A stretch of 64,000 bases of DNA, from NCBI GenBank assembly GCA_963817385.1, contig CAWFOM010000001.1, forward strand, positions 96,001 through 160,000. Direction: 5' to 3'. Of this stretch, positions 61,238 through 64,000 are shown piece by piece. Source of the DNA: an uncultured delta proteobacterium (GTDB lineage: Bacteria > Desulfobacterota > Syntrophia > Syntrophales > UBA5619). The position numbers and the translations under genes are program-made. The first letter of the stretch is position 1. Each line of letters begins with the position of its first letter. A model generated the notes under the pieces. It had not been told where the DNA came from. It made no database searches and worked only from the letters and a program-made list of their open reading frames with translations.

Positions 61238-63829
61238 TCATGATTGGTTTCCTTTCAACAATTCATCACGAATGGCCACGCCGATCTTTTCCATGGTGTA
61301 GGGCTTCTTGACATAGACACCCGCCCCTATCTCCTGAGCCTTCCTGACCTGCTCCGTCTCCGAAAAACCGCTGACGATAATCGTTTTCTGCTTCGGATTG
61401 ACTTCCAAAATCCTCTCGTAGGTTTCGAAACCGTCGATTCCCGGCGCCATTATCATGTCCAGGACCAGAATATCCGCCTTATTCTCTTTGAGATATTCCA
61501 CCGCCTCCTCCCCGCTGGAAACCAAATGAACCTCATACCCCAGCCGTGTAAGCAATCGGAAGGCAATATCCCTCTGTTCGGCAATGTCATCAACCACCAA
61601 AACTGACTCACCCTTGCCCAGATATTGTTCGATATGCTCCTTCTGCAGCGGGGTAATCAGTACCTCCCGGGTCGCCGGGAAGTACAGCGTAAAGGTGGTT
61701 CCTTTTCCAACTTTCGTCTGCAAATCAATATACCCGTGGTGATCCTTTACCGTTCCCCAGACAATCGCCAATCCCAATCCGGTCCCGCTCCTGCCCATCT
61801 TCTTTTTCGTGTAAAATGGTTCAAATATCTTCTCTCTATTCTCGGCAGAGATACCCATTCCCGTATCGGATACGGTCAGTACGGCGTAATCCCCCTCCTT
61901 GATCTCGTCATAGCCCCTGACGGGTTTGTCAAGATAGCGGCTCTCTGTCCGGATCGTCACCTTTCCTTTACGGGAAATGGCCTCCGCCGCGTTCGACACC
62001 AGGTTCATCACCGCCTTTTCCAGATGGATGGGAGAGCCTATGATGTTCGGCAGGTTCTCGTCATACTCTGTCCTGAAGGTCACCCAGGGATGATAGTCCT
62101 TCATCTTCTCAAACATCGGGGTCTTGAGGAAACCTGAAACAACATCATTGAGATTGATCACGTCTGACACCGTGACCCCCCGCCTGGCCAGGGTGAGAAG
62201 ATCGTTAATGATCGCGGCACCTTTTTCCGTGGACTGCAGAATCTTATCGACATAAATTCTGGACCTACTCCCTTCGGGAATTGCCTCCAGCAACAGCTCC
62301 GAGTATCCCGTAAGAATCCCCAGGACATTATTTAGATCATGGGCTACCCCACCGGCCAGTTGCCCGAGAGCCTCCATCTTCTCAGCGCGCTGCAGACGCC
62401 TCTCGCTTTCCCGCAGCGACTTCTCCGTCTTGCTGAGGTCTTTGAACAGTTGCGCATTGGCTATCGCTCCGGCAATCTGCATCCCGATCCTTTCGGCCAG
62501 GCGGAGATCCTGCTTGGTGTAGGCGTTCGGCTTTTTCGACCGGAAGTGCATAACACCGATCGCATCGTTCCGGTAGATCAGCGGAATGGCCATCAGGGAG
62601 CGAAACCCCTTCTGAAATGTGGGGGCAAGAGGTGGAAAGCGTTCGACGATCTCGCAAATGTTCTCAGGCTGGATCAGCATACCGGTCCGGGTGCGGATGA
62701 TCTCTTCACTCAACGTGCCCTCCAGAACGAGGGAATCCCCCTGTCTCCGACTGCTCATGGCCACCCCGGAAACGTAAGCAATGCGGATGGTATTCTCTTG
62801 AAAATTTACCAGGCTGATGGCAAGCCTGTTAAAGTCTATGAGTTTTCTGACCTCGGCGGTGAACCGTTCGTACACCTCGTCGATGTGCAGAGTGGAGCTG
62901 ATCAGCCTCCCGATCTCGGCGATGACGGCCATCTCTTCGGCCAGTTGCTCTGCTGCTTCGCGATTCCGACATAACTCCTCCTCTGCCTGCTTGCGATGGG
63001 TGACGTCAATCCCAATACCGATGTTGGAACCGTCCGAAAGCCGTACATTGAACCAGGATGTATCGAGTACGTGCCCATCGCGTCTCCTGGTCTTAAAGTC
63101 GCTCCAAGTTCCTGCGGCCCTCTTGATATGGTCCAACATACTCTTTCGGTACTTCGGGTCGGGATAGAACTCGGCAAAGACGTCCTTATGATGGAGCATT
63201 TCTTCAAGTGACCAGCCGAGTGTGGACTGCCAGCAGCGGTTGATCAATTGATAGTTGCCGTCGTGGTCGAATAATGCAACCATAACCGGAATGCTGTCGA
63301 GGATGGTTCGCTGCAGCTCATTTTGGTAGCGCAATGCCTCATCCATAAGCTTGTGTTCCGTGATGTCTCTTATAACAGCGGTTACGCCAAGAATGTTACC
63401 CTCCCGAATAATTGGCGTACCGGTGACTTCCCCGATTTTTCTTGTCCCATCCTTCGCAATAAATTCATAAACCGCGCACTTGATCTCTACACCGGAAAGG
63501 ACTTGTATTACATCGGAGACTGCTCTGGTGAGGGATTCTGAAGTCAGGAGATTCAAATCCTGGATAGGCCTGTTGATTATTTCTTCGACCTTGTACCCCA
63601 ACTGCCTCTCGACACTCGGAGTTATGCTTGAAATTTTAAAATCATGATCAACCGTAAAGATCCCATCAGACGTGCTTTCAAAGGCTAATCGATATTTTCC
63701 TTCGCTCTCCTTCAGGGTCTCTACGGTCTTCTGGTGATCTACTACTAATTGTTCCAGATTCTGGATTCTCTGGTTTAACACGGATAATTCTTCGATCAGT
63801 TCCGCATTTGTCCTGGATGTATCGTTCAT
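61238..63829 (-). CDS. PAS-PAS-GAF hybrid histidine kinase/response regulator
   Basis: LAGGVAHDLNN H-box, GTGLGL, receiver LDMIM; start 63829 or 63856. Confidence 0.93.
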   Translation of the reverse strand: MNDTSRTNAELIEELSVLNQRIQNLEQLVVDHQKTVETLKESEGKYRLAFESTSDGIFTVDHDFKISSITPSVERQLGYKVEEIINRPIQDLNLLTSESLTRAVSDVIQVLSGVEIKCAVYEFIAKDGTRKIGEVTGTPIIREGNILGVTAVIRDITEHKLMDEALRYQNELQRTILDSIPVMVALFDHDGNYQLINRCWQSTLGWSLEEMLHHKDVFAEFYPDPKYRKSMLDHIKRAAGTWSDFKTRRRDGHVLDTSWFNVRLSDGSNIGIGIDVTHRKQAEEELCRNREAAEQLAEEMAVIAEIGRLISSTLHIDEVYERFTAEVRKLIDFNRLAISLVNFQENTIRIAYVSGVAMSSRRQGDSLVLEGTLSEEIIRTRTGMLIQPENICEIVERFPPLAPTFQKGFRSLMAIPLIYRNDAIGVMHFRSKKPNAYTKQDLRLAERIGMQIAGAIANAQLFKDLSKTEKSLRESERRLQRAEKMEALGQLAGGVAHDLNNVLGILTGYSELLLEAIPEGSRSRIYVDKILQSTEKGAAIINDLLTLARRGVTVSDVINLNDVVSGFLKTPMFEKMKDYHPWVTFRTEYDENLPNIIGSPIHLEKAVMNLVSNAAEAISRKGKVTIRTESRYLDKPVRGYDEIKEGDYAVLTVSDTGMGISAENREKIFEPFYTKKKMGRSGTGLGLAIVWGTVKDHHGYIDLQTKVGKGTTFTLYFPATREVLITPLQKEHIEQYLGKGESVLVVDDIAEQRDIAFRLLTRLGYEVHLVSSGEEAVEYLKENKADILVLDMIMAPGIDGFETYERILEVNPKQKTIIVSGFSETEQVRKAQEIGAGVYVKKPYTMEKIGVAIRDELLKGNQS

Positions 63830-64000
63830 GTAATTTAATCCCCGTGTCGACAACATGTATCGAATGGAAGAAAGATGGGTAGCTGTTACGATATGTCAGT
63901 GGAAATGTCAAATGAAAAATAGACGATCAGATGATGTTTATCGCATGATATCAGTAACTTTTCCTTACTCATGCGGATTGCGATATCAGGAAGGGCGATC

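Noticed and set aside
1..64000. tRNA or rRNA genes
   Set aside because: No cloverleaf or rRNA-like segment recognised by eye; not verified by tRNAscan or barrnap.

Overview
GC-rich bacterial chromosomal window; gene content and repeat families suggest an anaerobic Syntrophales/Desulfobacterota-type organism (inference). Layout: (1) 1-8.9 kb housekeeping and acyl-CoA genes. (2) ~8.95-16.7 kb a minus-strand integron cassette array with attI, several attC sites and a truncated integron integrase. Its cassettes are a Nmad-like + uracil-DNA-glycosylase pair, ATC hydrolase, mazEF, methyltransferase, nitrilase, DUF3221 and DUF2277, plus two ~165-bp gene-less, self-complementary cassettes that share one fold but not their sequence. 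(3) 16.7-25.1 kb a sigma54/PrpR-type-controlled tctCBA-citDEF cluster with an atypical acyl-carrier protein. (4) 25-34 kb accessory envelope genes, an internally deleted group II intron and a large surface protein. (5) 34.4-43.5 kb an aro/phe/tyr operon preceded by a Trp/Phe/Tyr-rich leader peptide and tandem terminators. (6) 43.5-53 kb mixed genes, including decayed TA remnants. (7) 53.3-60.3 kb the trp operon with a WWWW leader. (8) a PAS/GAF hybrid kinase. Many conserved genes carry apparent single-base frameshifts, most likely assembly indel errors. All protein assignments come from motif recognition by eye, not database searches.
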